NCBI RefSeq assembly: GCF_021028975.2
Contig: NC_059428.1
Span: forward strand, 80,290,001 to 80,354,000
Length of the DNA: 64,000 bases
Reading direction: 5' to 3'
DNA from: Sphaerodactylus townsendi
Lineage: Eukaryota
Made by a program: the position numbers and the translations under genes. The number at the start of each line of letters is the position of its first letter. Position 1 is the first letter of the stretch. Positions 35,366 through 48,375 of this stretch are shown here, in pieces. The notes below the pieces were generated by a model. That model worked only from the letters and a program-made list of their open reading frames with translations, was not told where the DNA came from and did not search any database.

Positions 35366-38300
35366 TTATTTTTTTCCCAAATATTGAATGAATGGTTCCC
35401 ATGTTTTCTGGAAGCTAGTTGATGGCAGATCTTTCAGGCTAACAGATAGTTTATCTGTGTTCATAATTTCTACTACCGCTTTGAACCAGGCGTTAATACT
35501 GGGAGGTCTCCTATTTTTCCAGAATTTTGCCACTTGGATTCTTGCTATTGTTGAGAAGTACAGAAACAATTTAATGTTATCTACTCTCTCATTATCTTGG
35601 AAAATTCCCAATAAATAATTTTCAGGTAACATTTGAAATTTGTGACCCAAGATCTTCTGAACTTTTTTATGGATTTTTTTCCAAAACCTTTTCACTTTTT
35701 TACAACTCCACCATTGGTGAAAATATGTGCCTATCTTTTTATTGCACTTCCAACAGTACGGGGATTTTGTTTTATCAATTTTCGCTAATTTAAGAGGTGT
35801 AAGGTACCACCTATGAAATACCTTATTAAAGTTTTCTTTCAAATCTATACTCTGGGTGTATTTACCGTGGTTTTTCCATGTTTCTTCCCAATTTTTGTAC
35901 ATCAAGTTTTTGCCTATATCTTGGGCCCACTTAATCATCACTTCTTTTATAGTTTCATGCTCCAAATTTGTTTCTAAAAGAAGTTTATATATTTTACTAA
36001 TCAATTTAGTTTCAGATTCCCATAGAATCATGTCTAATTTGTTAAATTTACGTTCAAACCCCATAGTATGCGCATCTTTTAGAAAACCTTCTCTAAGTTG
36101 CGCGTAAGTAAACCAATGACAATTATCTGTTCCTATTAAAATATCATCTCTATTTTTCAAGATCGGTTTATCGTTATCCCATCTTATTAGATTTTTATAC
36201 ATTGGCCATTCGTTGTTTGCATAACATTGTCTATTTTGGGAGGCTTCCAATCTTGAGACCCATAGTGGCACTTTACTATAAAGGTTCCTCTTATATTTCT
36301 CCCAAATTATTATTAGGGGTCTTCGTATGGCATGATCTTTAAAATTTGCCATTGATTTTTTTGATGCAGGCCAAAGATATTCGTGCCAGCCCCAACTATT
36401 ATCAAAACCTTCCAACTGCAAAATTTGATTGTTTGTTAATGTGATCCACTCTCGAATCCATATCAAGGCATTAGTGTCATGATATAGTTTAAGATCGGGT
36501 AGTGCCCAACCCCCTCTCTCTTTGGTATCTATCAGTGAGGTGGATTTAATTCTGGGTCTCTTGTTATTCCATACAAATTTTGTTAAAGTTTGCCTCCATT
36601 CTGTAAATATTTTAGTAGATGTAATAATTGGGATGTTTCTAAACAAATACATCAATTTTGGCAGTATTATCATTTTTATAAGGGCAATTCGTCCAGAAAA
36701 AGAGATGTTTAAATTTTCCCATTTTTTTAGATCTGTCTTTAATTCTCGCCATAATTTCTCATAGTTATTTCTGTATAGATTATTTCCAGAAGGATTCCAA
36801 GATATTTTATCTTTGATGTTTGATTTATGCCTGTCATATTAATTAATTTTTCTTCTTGTCTTTTTGTCAGATGATATGGAAACATTTTGGTCTTTTCTTT
36901 ATTGAGGATGAATCTTGCGTTATCCCCGTAATCTTGTATTAGTTGTAATAATGGAATTAATTTTTCCTCAGAGTTGTCTACAAACAAACTTCTTATGTCT
37001 CGCGGCTTTGAGTTTTATCTTTTTTTGATTTTTATTCCCTCGAAATTTTGATTTTCTCTTATTTTATTTAACAATACTTCTAATGTCGCATTAAACAATA
37101 GGGGTGACAATGGGCAACCCTGTCTTGTTCCTTTGTAAATATTAAAGCTTTCTGATAGGTTGCCATTAATTTGAAGTTGTGCAAGTTGTTGATTATATAT
37201 ACTGTGGACCGCTTTCCGCCAAAAGGACACAACATTCATTTCATTTTGTAAGGATAGTTCCAACTAATCCAGAAACTTTTTTTCAGCGTCAAATACTATA
37301 GCTAATGGGTGCTTTTGATCTTTTTTGCCAATTCAATAATATTGAGTACTGAATTAGGCATTACATGATGCCGCCCTTTCTTGGAACCTCGCAATGTTTT
37401 CTTTCTTATATTCATTCATCGCGGGAATCTTTCGGCCAAGATAGATGTAAAGATTTTGTAATCGTTGTTTAACAACGATATCGGCCTAAAATCCTTAGGT
37501 TGTAAACTATTTGATTTTTCTTTTGGTATAAGGGAGATATAAGTTTGTTCCCAAGATTTCGGGAGGGATCCTTTTTGTAATATATTATTCATTACTATCA
37601 TTAATTGAGGTGACAGTATGTCTATGAATTTTTTATAAAATTTTATAGGAAGACCATCTGGTCCTGGAGATGTTCCTGGCTTGGCTTTTTTTATTGCAAT
37701 TTTAATTTCTTCTATAGAAATGGGTTCATTCAGAATTTTTCGTTGGTTGTCACTCAATTCTTGAATGTTTTCATTCTCTAAATATCGTTGAATTTTTTCC
37801 CATTTTGGATCTTTTTCTTGATAGAGTTTTTCAAAATATTGTTTTAGTTCATTTTGAATCGATTTTACATCATTGATAATTTTTTCACCTATTTTTAAAT
37901 TATTTATTTGTCTCTGTTCTTTTTCTTGTTTTATTTTGGCCATTAGCCATTTTCCTGGTTTATTGGCCAGACCAAAAAATTTTTGCTTAATAAATTTCAG
38001 ATTTTTTGCCATTTCATCTGACCACATACCTTGCAGTTTTTGCCTTTTAATAAATAATCTATCTTTGATTTGTTTACTTCTTGGTTTTTTCTGAAGTTGC
38101 CTTTCTAACGACCGAATTTCATTGAGGATCGTATTTTTTCTTTTTCTTTTTTCTTTTTGACTATACATTCATTTTGTATTAATAGACCTCTTGGGTATGC
38201 TTTGCATGTTTCCCATACTATTTTTTCATCCTGGATAGAGCCTTTATTAATTTTAAAAAATTCTGTCAATTCATTTGCGACCTTCTCTACTGTCTTGTCA

Positions 38301-39073
38301 TTATCCAAGAGCCAGTCTTTCATTCTCCATGTTCGGTATTTCCTTTGTGTTTCTATTTCCCACAAAATTGATCCATGGTCAGATATCACTTTCGGTCCAA
38401 TTTTTATCTCTTTTGTTCTTTTTAATAGATTACCTGTGGCCCAAATCATGTCAATCCTCGATGAGGATTTATGTCTGTATGAGTAGTATGTATAGTCTCT
38501 AACATTTATATTCTTTTCTCTCCAGATATCTTTTATTTGAGTCAAATCTATCAGATCATTAAATGATTTTGGAAGCATCCCAGTTTTCATTCTTTTTAAT
38601 CTTTTTTTGTTTGGGTTGCTTTTATCATTCATTGTATCCATTACACCATTGAAATCTCCCAAAATTACAATATTGTCATGATTTTGATCTAATAGGAAGT
38701 TCGCAAGGTTAGCATAAAACTCTGATTTATTATTATTTGGTGCGTATATACCTACAAATAGGATTTTTTCTCCCTCTACTATGGCTTCTACGGCCAAAAT
38801 TCTGGCCTCACTATCTCTAAAAATTTCTGTTGGCGATAGCGTATCTTTTATATAAATAGCAACTCCACGTTTTTTTCTTTTGTAGCCATTATGAAAAAAC
38901 TTTCCTAAGGCCTCTTTTTGTATATGGTTTTCCAAGCCCTTTTTAATGTGTGTTTCCTGCAGGCATATCACATCACAATATTGTTTTTTTAAGTAATGGA
39001 ATATAAGCTTTCTTTTGCCCGGATTATTCATCCCGTTCACATTGTTTGAGAAAATTTTTAAAGACATTTTCAT
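35366..39073 (-). pseudogene. L1 ORF2p (APE endonuclease, RT, Cys-rich domain), disrupted
   Basis: NVNGMN, CLQETH, GDFN, SRID, SDH (endonuclease); SPGPDG, FRPISLLN, GTRQGCPLSPLLF (RT); CWKC...HQWWSC. Frameshifts at ~38150 and clustered in ~36700-37420. Confidence 0.93.
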
Positions 39074-39678
39074 TGATTAATACAATTACAATTTCAAGAA
39101 GCAATAATAAATTATTTTGTTTGACACTATTTCTATATCTATAGGTATCTTATAAATATTGTTTTAACTTCTTTCAATCAAAGCCAGGCAGGAGAGGGGG
39201 TGCCTGGTTTTCTCATAAAAGTGCATAGTAGAAAAAATTAAATGAATGGGGGGGAAATATATAATAGAAAGAGAGTAAATTATGAGGAAAGGAATAATTT
39301 ATAAATTATACATTATGAGGGGGAGCAGATAAAGGGGGCGAAATTCAAAATATGTTAGATTTCATCTCCATTATCCTGTTCTTCATTTTGAAAATCATTC
39401 CGCTACCAATCAAACCCAACCACACACCTACACACACAAAAAATCATACATTATTTATAAAAGTTGAACAATGTGTCAAAAATGCTAAATTAATAAAAAG
39501 AAAAGTGCGGTAAACATCATAAGGCATTACATCAGTTTTTATATTTATTTTAACTATGTTTTTCTATCCCTCCTCTCCCCCTTATTTCATGCATATATGA
39601 GTATCGTTATAGCTTGGCTATACAAATCAATATCTAAATATAGAACAATTCTCCTACCAGAATATTTAGCTGTAGTCT

Positions 39679-40479
39679 CTATACTAAGCCCAGTTCTCTC
39701 TTATTTTTCTTTAAGAATTCGTCTATTTTGGGCAATGAGTCGATATTTACTCTCTTCCCTTTAAATGAGAAAGTCACTCCTTCAATTTGGTTCCATTTAT
39801 ACAAAATGCTCTTTTTCTTTAAGGTTTCTGTTAGTGGGGCATATTCTTTTCTTCGTCTCCTTATTGAAATGGGGATTTCTTTGTAGATAACTAAGTTTTG
39901 TCCTTCTAGTTGAATCTTTTGGGTCGAATGTTTATGGAGGATTTCCTCTTTTAATGATCTTTTTGTAAAGTTGATCAGGATATCCCGTGGCAATTTATTT
40001 TCCAAGGCAAATCTAGAGTTTATCCTGAAAATGTCATCTATTTCTAAATCAAAGTTGTCCTCTTCCATGTTGATGGCTTCTGCAAGCACAGGGACTATTC
40101 TGGATCTTAAATTTTCATTTTCCATTTCTTGTACTCCTCTTACTCTTATAGTTCGTTCTTTTTGTTTTATTTCCATATACAATATTCTGTCCTCCAGACT
40201 TTCTACTTTTCTAGTTTGTACTGTAGTTTCCTCTCTTAGATCCCTTACTTGGACTTTTGTTTCAATCATATCTTGATTTAGCTTCAATATTGTTTCTTCC
40301 ATCTTTTTGACTTGAGAAACTTCTTCTCTTACTAGTTGTATCTCCTCCTCTATCTTGTTCAATCTAGTTGCAATCCCTTCCAATAATTGTTCCATTCTTT
40401 GAGTGCCTTCCATAGTACTCTTTTCAGGTGTTTTGGAGTCACCATTCACTAGTTTTGTATTATTTCTCTTTGATGCCAT
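39679..40479 (-). CDS. L1 ORF1p (coiled coil, RRM, CTD), open, 266 aa from the first ATG
   Basis: Heptad-rich N-terminal half, followed by TIRVRGVQE, IDDIFRI, PRDILINF and LVIYKEIP..IRRRRKEY. Confidence 0.9.
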   Translation of the reverse strand: MASKRNNTKLVNGDSKTPEKSTMEGTQRMEQLLEGIATRLNKIEEEIQLVREEVSQVKKMEETILKLNQDMIETKVQVRDLREETTVQTRKVESLEDRILYMEIKQKERTIRVRGVQEMENENLRSRIVPVLAEAINMEEDNFDLEIDDIFRINSRFALENKLPRDILINFTKRSLKEEILHKHSTQKIQLEGQNLVIYKEIPISIRRRRKEYAPLTETLKKKSILYKWNQIEGVTFSFKGKRVNIDSLPKIDEFLKKNKRELGLV

Positions 40480-41961
40480 TCCTAATTGTCTCTTTAAATC
40501 ACTTTCCCCTCCCAACGTATGCAACTGTTAGGCACCCTCCTCTCCCAGCACCGGTTAGTTTAGCAGTTCATTCGCAAAAGGGTTTCTGTAGGTCTCTATG
40601 GGTCTCCTTTTCTTTTTGTTGTTTGATTATTTATTTTGTGTTATGTCGTTTTGCACCTTTCCCCCTTCCGCAATATCATAGTATCTCTTGTTTACCTGGA
40701 ACGTCACTTCCACTTTCCTTCACTCTCGTTTCTTCTCGCGCTCGCCCACGCGCACGCGGCTTTCCGTCTGGTTTTTTTTTAAAGAGCCCCCGTCCAATGC
40801 ACAGTCTCTTTAAAAAATATTACAGTAAGTTTGTTATAAGTTTATACTATTTCTCTTTACCTTCTGTCTTGACGTTTTGAGGAGTGGGGGTTAGTGAGTG
40901 AGAGTTGAGCTGGAAATTCCTTTCATCTCGTCTCACTTTGCACTCGGCATCTCTTCCTCTTATTTTCTCAGTAGTCTTTTCTCGCGACTTTGCATGTACC
41001 TTTACTCCGGCAAGTAGAAAGTTTCTTTTGCACTTTGTCAGTGATTCTCAGCGTCGATATCCTCCCGTTTCCTTGTGCTTGATGTTCTCATTGACCAAGG
41101 AAAACTAACAGAGGTGGTTGAGCTTTGGGCTTTTGGGCTTTTTTCGCCCCTCCTTGCACAGTGCAATGGGATCGCCTTTGCCGGTTAAACCCTGTTCTTC
41201 AGGCGAATTCCCATGAAGTTGTCCAGGCTGACACCCCTCTCTTACGATAGGGGTGGGAGTCTGAAATTATCAGACCTTTGTGCACCTGCACAATTATGTT
41301 ATTTTTTTCTCCGTTTTTTGCGCGGAGAAGAAAAGCCGCCCGTCTTCCCTCAACCGGAGGAGAAGACTTTCTCAGTAGTGGCACCAAAACTCTGGAACAC
41401 TCTCCCCAATAAAAGCCAGCTGTAATAAGGAGTTTCAAAATAATTTCTAAGTCCAAACTCCAGGTGTGACTTTCAAGAAAAATAAAAAAGTTTATTGAAA
41501 AGTAGCAAAAGAGCAGAGCTACCCAAAGGGAGTCTGTTCCAGAAGTAACTCTTTCTGGGCACCAAGTGCACTCCTTTTATTACAGTAAAGTCATTAATCC
41601 AATATACATCTTCACTGTTGATAGCTACCAGCCCACCTTTACACAAGCCTTTAAAGTTAAGAAAGTGTGAAGGTGGGGCTTTCATATTCAATTGGGTCAT
41701 AAGGTTTCTCTTTGTCATTCTGCCAGACTGTCTTAGCACCTAACCACAGTGGGCTCACCTCAAGCCAGCCTTCTGTATGAAAATTAACCTAAGGTTTCTC
41801 TCACCAAGATACCTTCATAGACAATGTGTCTCATTTAGGGTCACAATGTACAGTACTATTCCTTAGTCATAACTCTGTTGGGCATCTTGTCAAAGGAAGG
41901 GTGGGCTTGTATTGTCTCCAGCTGACCACAATAGAAATTGAAAGCAGAATGCCTTACAAAA

Positions 41962-42472
41962 TCTATATATATATATATAAATGTATCAGTGCGTTTTCTG
42001 CTGACAGGTAATCTCCCAAACTACGGGACCGAAATTTTCATACATCGCATTCGAGTGCAGTCAGGTTTCCATACTGTTTCCACACCTCCTGTTGTGTACA
42101 TGTCACAACTGTGCCAGTTATTGTGTACATGCCACACCTGTGACAGTTGGAACCACAGTTCTGTTCCGCAACAGCGCCATGTGCTGGCCGTCAAAGCAAC
42201 ACCCTCTGATACAAGGGAAACAACCATGCCTTCTTTGAAAACCGCTGCCATCTGGAGTGAAAGGGATGGCCTCACTATCTGTACATGGCCCACCCACCCT
42301 ACCGGAGGAAGGGGAAGGTGAGGGAGGGTTCAGGGTTTTGCTGGACCAAACGCTCTGAAATTTGAACACAACGTAGCTCATGCCTCCCAGCGTGTTTTAA
42401 GCTACTTACCTAGCTCATGTACCACACTGGCCAAGGTAAACCATGATAACAAGCTATGTTCCGCCCAGTTCA

Positions 42473-42548
<76 letters not shown>

Positions 42549-42984
42549 AACCGAAAGTCAAGTAGAAACAGATAACCTTTCATACACACATCTCTTAGGA
42601 GTGCGTTTCAGTCAAACTGTGAGTTATATTGTGTACCTGCCACACCTGTGACAGTTGGAACCATGGTATGGTTCCACAAAAGCGTCATCTGATGGACGTC
42701 AACAGCAACACACTTCGCCTGCAAGGGAACGGAATGAAAGGAACAGGGTCCGCCATCTGGACATGGGCCACCCACACTAACAGAGGAAGGGTAACATTAG
42801 GGAGGGAGGGGCGGGGTGCCATGCAAGGGAAAGGGGGAGAGGGAGGGGAGCGAGGGGCCCCTTGCCCCTCCCCTCCCTTGCAAGCATTGTTCAATGACAC
42901 ATGTTCGAACCGTTTGCTTTCCCTTTTCTTTCTTTTCCACTTCACCAGACTGAAGCCACAGCAACGTGTGGCCGGGCACACTAG
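41962..42984 (+). mobile_element. Non-autonomous Helitron
   Basis: A|TCTATATATA... 5' end; 3' hairpin GCCACAGCAACGTGTGGC followed by GGGCACA CTAG|T. Internal duplication (~42120-42320 versus ~42630-42790) and a (CA)n tract. Confidence 0.85.
42475..42546. repeat. (CA)n microsatellite
   Basis: About 35 uninterrupted CA units. Confidence 0.98.
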
Positions 42985-45900
42985 TTTATAATAAACTTGA
43001 AGTCCCTCTCCTTACCAAAAACACCTTTGAAGACAAATTGCAATAACTTTTACAATAGCAATATGAAGATCTCAGACAAGTTGAATTTAATACTGGCAGC
43101 GTAAGGCACTTCTTAGCTTAACTATACTAAACACTATGATATAAGTTTTCTTATTTAAACAATACTATTCTATCTTAGCTTATGGCTTATAACTTCACTT
43201 CCAAAATTTATAGCTTGTCTCAACTCACTTAATACTTGTCAAATAATACTTTAAATAACATATGCATATTAATTTCTAATTATTATTATTATTTCTATTC
43301 CATCACCCAGGGAGATTCATCTGTCCCCTTCTGTCACCATATTCTGCCAGCAGATAAAGACTGGGGGGAGGGGGGCATTATTTCAGTGATCCCTCCTCCC
43401 TGCACAATATTATTAATTGTTGTTTTTGCTTTGTTTGTATTTTAGTTCTGGTTTTAATTGTGTTGATAATGTTTCAGGAGGTGGTTTCAGTGGTTTTAAA
43501 ATGTGGTTTTAATGTGTATGCTTTAGTTTGTTAGCTGCTTTGGGTAGGACACAAATGTGGCATATACATTTTGTTAGCTGCCTTGTGAGGTCAGAAATGT
43601 GGTGTATACATTTTGTAAAATAAATAAATAAACCAGTGCATATGCTCATTTTTCCTTCACCCCAAAAATGGAAAAGGAATAATTTGACTAACTTCTTACA
43701 ATGGTAATCACTCTCAGAATATCTTTCAATTTTTCTGTACATATGAAAAACTGCAAAATCCAATTAAGATTAAGATTCAACTCTAAACTGGAGCTACAAA
43801 TAATACAAGGGATGAAGATGAACCACACGAATGTAGTTATTTGTATGCATTTCAGTAATTGCTCAAGTAATAGTCCGACAATCCCTATCATGAGCAGATG
43901 TCACATGCTCTGAGCTGGACCCAGTATGAAGTAGCAAATGTTCACTCACCTGCTGGCTGATGGAAATAACTGACTCTAGGGAACAAGCTGTAAAATCAAT
44001 TATTCACATCTACTCTGCCACTTCCACCTACACGTTCAGCAGCAGCACTGTGAAAACCAAAAATGTTTTAGCTGAGCTTAATGCGTGTATATCTATGCAA
44101 CTTACAGCTGAAATCCTATGCATGTTTATCAGTAAGTCTCAAGGAAATTGTGTTATTTACTTCTGAGCAAACACATCTATTTCTGTGAAAAATATCTGTA
44201 AAAAAAGCAAATGAACTTAACATTTGATTTTTCATAAAGTCTAGTGCATGGAATAAAAGTAAAGAGTCATTCTTGCTCTCTGTCCAAGAAAGATGCATGC
44301 TTCCAAAAGAGAGTTATATATAGATGAATAAAATTAGAAAGAAGTATTGCTGAATAGGTCCCTTCTGGAATAAACCATTCCGACTGGTTTGCAAAATATG
44401 TAGCTCATTTGCAGCATCAAAGCTACTGTGGCATTCTACTGATGCATCATGAGACGCAACTTACTCTCAGCCCCAGCCTCAAGAGAGGACACAGCATCTT
44501 CAACATTGTAAAGTAGGTCAAATATATGCGATAGAAAAATTCCAGGACTGGGGTTAAAGTGCACATCCTGGAACACAAAATGCTTAGACCTAATAATTTA
44601 AGCAGCTTCAATTTTTATTTATTTATTTTTTGCACTTATATCCCGCCAAACCCCCCCCCCCCAAAGGGCTCGAGGTGGCTGAGAATTCATGGAAACAGGA
44701 AGGCAATTAGCAAACAAGAAGTCCAGTGGCAACAAATCCAAAGTGACACATGCCTTTTGCAGAAGAGTATTTTCATAAATTGTTGTATCCAATATTAGCA
44801 AAAGGAAATTGCACCCAGGTACATAGGAAACTAGGTCATTCAGAAGCAAGCTTGAACATTTCAGCTGATATCCTGAGGGACTAGATATTGCGACTTTGAG
44901 TCACTTTACTTGGATATTTTTTCACAATCCACCCAGAGAAATGCTTCATCCTCTGTATGTAATCGGGAATCCTTTTATCTTTGTACATCTCTCAAGCTGT
45001 AAAGGGAATAAAGGCAAGTCAGCAGCACAGAGTCACAATTCAAAGTTGAGCTGGGCCAAGCACAGCCTAAAGCAACTTAACCTCCATTGCACTCCTGACT
45101 GTATGAAGCAGAATCATCAAAGCAGCACTAATACGGCCACCCAGCTCAAATCATAAGTCATGCTGCTCCTTTCATTGGGATGCTCAGAGCACTGGGAAAA
45201 CACAAGGACATGCCGTTCTGAACTAAAATAAGGGAACTCAGCAGTGACCGCTTCTATTAATCCTCCTCTGCCATGTCATTATTGAAACCCCCCTGAAAGG
45301 ATGGGCAGTGTGGTTATCTTGGCCATTTAATGGGGCAGTCTTTATTTTTCCTGCCTGCTGCATACAGTTTTGGCCAGCGCATAACTGCACTGTGTGCTCT
45401 AGCTAAAAAGCTTTCCTAATCTTGCCAGAAATGAAATCACATTGATAAGAGATTATGAAGGATGCAGTAAAATGCATTGGTTTACAGGCCTTTAAAAATT
45501 AGGCCACAAACCTAAGGACACATTCATGGAAGTAAGTTTCATTGAATAACATGGGAATTACTTCTGAATAGACCTGCTTACGATGGTTGTCTTAAAGTAT
45601 TACCCACCTCTTGCCTGTAATATATGTGTTACTGCACAAATGATGTAACAAAGATAATGTTTGTATTTGCTCCATCATATTTCTTCATACATTGGATATG
45701 AACTGTAAAGAGGATCTCTGCTCCTGAAATGCAGAATGCACAGGCTCAAACCATGCAAATCTGAGACAATACTGGTCATATGACTTGAGCCTACTTGCTT
45801 TGCCCTCTATGCTTATGAACCCTATTTAATCACTATGTGAGATTCAGACTTTTAATTTTCGAATTAATATTTTGAGGGCAGGCCAGATGATATTGTAGAT

Positions 45901-46103
45901 GACTTCCAAAAAAAGAACAGATGAGGAACATTACACAGTTTTCCAAACCCACAGAATTTCTGCTTGCTGTTTATATTTTGAAAAGATTAGACATTTGGTT
46001 TACAATCAGAAGCACACATCATTTCTTATGAACCTTTTTATTACAAATCTAAAAACAAAGTTAGTAGAAAACAGTCTTTTATAGGTACCAATGGTATTAG
46101 TTT

Positions 46104-47205
46104 GAGTCAGTGTGGCATAGTAGTTACACTGTTAAACTAGGTTCTAGGCGACTAGGTGCAAATACCCACACTGCCATGAAAGCTTGCTTGATAACTTGAT
46201 ATGCCAAATACCATGGGACATGTGGGGACAAATATCCCCAGGCAGTGCCCATTGAGTCACATGGGGGGTGGAAAATGACTTCTCCACCCCTGCCCCCTTG
46301 GCCACCTCCCAGCCAGCTGCCAGGGCCTCATGCCCCACCCCAGCCCACTTATGTGACTCGCCAACCTGCGCAGCTCCCCTCCCCTCTTCCCCAGCCTGAC
46401 TGGCTGCAGTCTTTGCCCCACCATCATCCACTCCCTCCCTCTATGCAGGTAGGCAGGCAGGCATGATGTGGCCCAGGGCACGGGCATTACTGATGGTGGG
46501 GGGCTTCGGTGGACACCCTGATAAGCTTGCTGTCCAGCCACCTCAGCAGGGGGGGAGAGAAGTGCCAGGCCTGCCGAGGGGCCACCTGCATGAGCCAGGG
46601 TGCAGGGAGCCACCTGGAGCGCTGTCCACCCAAGGTGCCATCGGGGCTGCTTCTGCTTGGTAAAGCAAGCGAGGGGGGCATGCAAAGTGTATGGCGGGAC
46701 GCCCATGGCCATGGGCGGCTGGGCATGGCAGGGGCGGGCAGCAGGTGGGGACTGATGGCACTCCACTTCCCCCCACAGAAGAGCCACTCTTCAAGGCCTG
46801 AATGCAGCAGGTATAGCCACCCAGCAGCTCGACCTCAACTCCACACCCACTACTCCTCCAGCAGATGCAGTAGGTCTATCCCCCCCGGGTGGGCAGGGAA
46901 GGTGGAGTGCCCGGCTGGGCCTGGAGTCTTGGACACAGTGCCCAGGTGAGCCCTTGGGGACTGCAACTATATCAGGTCTGGGCTTGACTGTGCCTGGGTG
47001 GCTGTGGGTGTTTGGCTGCCTACAGGCAGTGTTGGGGTGACACGGGGGGGGGGAGAAAACTCACTTCTTGCCTTGGACTCAATTTTCTGTCGATAAGTCA
47101 CTGTCAATTACACTCTCGGCATAACTTATCTCACAGAGTCATTGTGAGGATTACATAGGAAGTGAAAGACTATGTATACTGCCCTGAACTTCTTAGAGAA
47201 AGGAA
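46104..47205 (+). mobile_element. tRNA-type SINE split by a ~0.9-kb GC-rich DNA-transposon-like insert (~46210-47103)
   Basis: The SINE head (GTGTGGCATAGTAGTTA...GGTGCAAATACCC...GCCATGAAAGCTTGC) resumes after 47103 (CTCACAGAGTCATTGTGAGGAT...GCCCTGAACTTC). Confidence 0.55.
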
Positions 47206-47356
47206 GAGAATGCCCAGGTGTCACAGATACAAACTGCCTTAGCCTTGTCAGGCCTCAAAAGATTTCCAGCCGGATCTCTGACAGACTCACTCCAGCTTGG
47301 TGAACTATGCCTGCATTCTGAGGAACAGATATCTGTGCAATGGGTAGCATCATTAT

Positions 47357-47590
47357 TAGGGATGCCAGGTCCCCCTGGTCACCACTGGGGGGATGTGGGG
47401 TTAGGATTGCCAGACAGTTTGGAAAACTTGGGGATGGAGCCTGGAGAGGGCAAGGTCTTCAGCAGGGTATAATGCAATATAGTCCATCCCCCAAAGCAGC
47501 CATTTTCTCCAGGGAAATTGATATCTGTAGTGTGAAGCTGAGCTGTAATTCTGGGTGACCCCAAGTTCTACCTGGCGGCTGGCATCCCTA
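47357..47590. mobile_element. hAT-type MITE
   Basis: TIRs TAGGGATGCCAG / CTGGCATCCCTA. TSD not recognisable. Confidence 0.65.
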
Positions 47591-47704
47591 GTCAGGATGC
47601 CCTTTTGTGAGAACTGAACTTGCAGCTTGAAGCTGTTTTTCCTGTTCTGAAGACACGTTACTCAAAAAAAAGAGACTATTTTTGGACTATGACAGACAAC
47701 CTGC

Positions 47705-47952
47705 AAGGGCCTGCAAAACGGACCTGTTCCACCAGGCATTTGGCCAGCCAGGCTGAAGTATGTTCCATCGTCCCGACCTCAAGTGGGCTTGGCGGGAGGG
47801 GGGGGGCTGGGAGAGGGATTTTATTGCCATCTGTGTCTTAGTTTTAATATTGTACAGTAGGTTTTAGTTATTGTTATATTATAATGTTGTACGTCGCCCT
47901 GAGCGTTTCGGGGGAGGGCGACTAATAAATTGAAAAATACAATAAAATAAAC
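47705..47952 (+). mobile_element. L2 3' terminal fragment
   Basis: AAAACGGACCTGTTCCACCAGGCATTTGGCCAGCCAGG...GCCCTGAGC...GGGAGGGCG plus an A-rich tail, closely similar to 63450-63700. Confidence 0.75.
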
Positions 47953-48075
47953 TTGAAATAATGCCAAAGATACTGTGGAACTTTTCATCCATGCTTGTTC
48001 CTTAACATTTATACATTCTTTTATGATAAAAATCAGAAAGGGGCATAGTGTTTCAGATGCTCATCACTATTCTGC

Positions 48076-48375
48076 AGGAGGAGGAGGAGTTTGGATTTAT
48101 AACCCCCTTTATCTCCTGTAAGGAAACTCCAAGGGGCTTACAATCTCTTTTCCCTTCCCCCCTCACAACAAACACCCTGTGTGGTTGGTGGGGCTGAGAG
48201 AGCTCCGAAGAACTGTGATTAACCCAAGGTCACCCAACTGGCATGTGTTGGAGTTCACAAGCTAATCTGGTTCACCAGATAAACCTCCACAGCTCAAGTG
48301 GCAGAGTGGGGAATCAAACCCAGTTCTCCAGATTAGAGTGCACCTGCTCTTAACCACTACACCAAGCTGGCTCTC
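48076..48375 (-). mobile_element. tRNA-derived SINE (gecko/squamate type)
   Basis: Minus strand has A box TGGTGTAGTGGTTAAG, B box GGTTTGATTCC and a (CCT)n tail. Confidence 0.85.

Larger units (their letters stand above)
34821..41357 (-). mobile_element. Full-length L1 LINE (~6.5 kb) with poly-A tail and 15-bp TSD, inserted in an L2 3' tail
   Basis: AGGAGAAGACTTTCT at 34806-34820 and 41358-41372; T-run 34821-34829; ORF1 and ORF2 present. The rejoined flanks read RRLSQ/FSVVAPKLWNTLP, an L2 tail motif. Confidence 0.96.

Noticed and set aside
46144-46949. Pro/Gly/Ala-rich ORFs
   Set aside because: They lie inside a GC-rich insert splitting a SINE and lack coding features.
48300-48375. tRNA gene
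   Set aside because: The A and B boxes belong to a SINE head; there is no intact cloverleaf and the SINE body follows.
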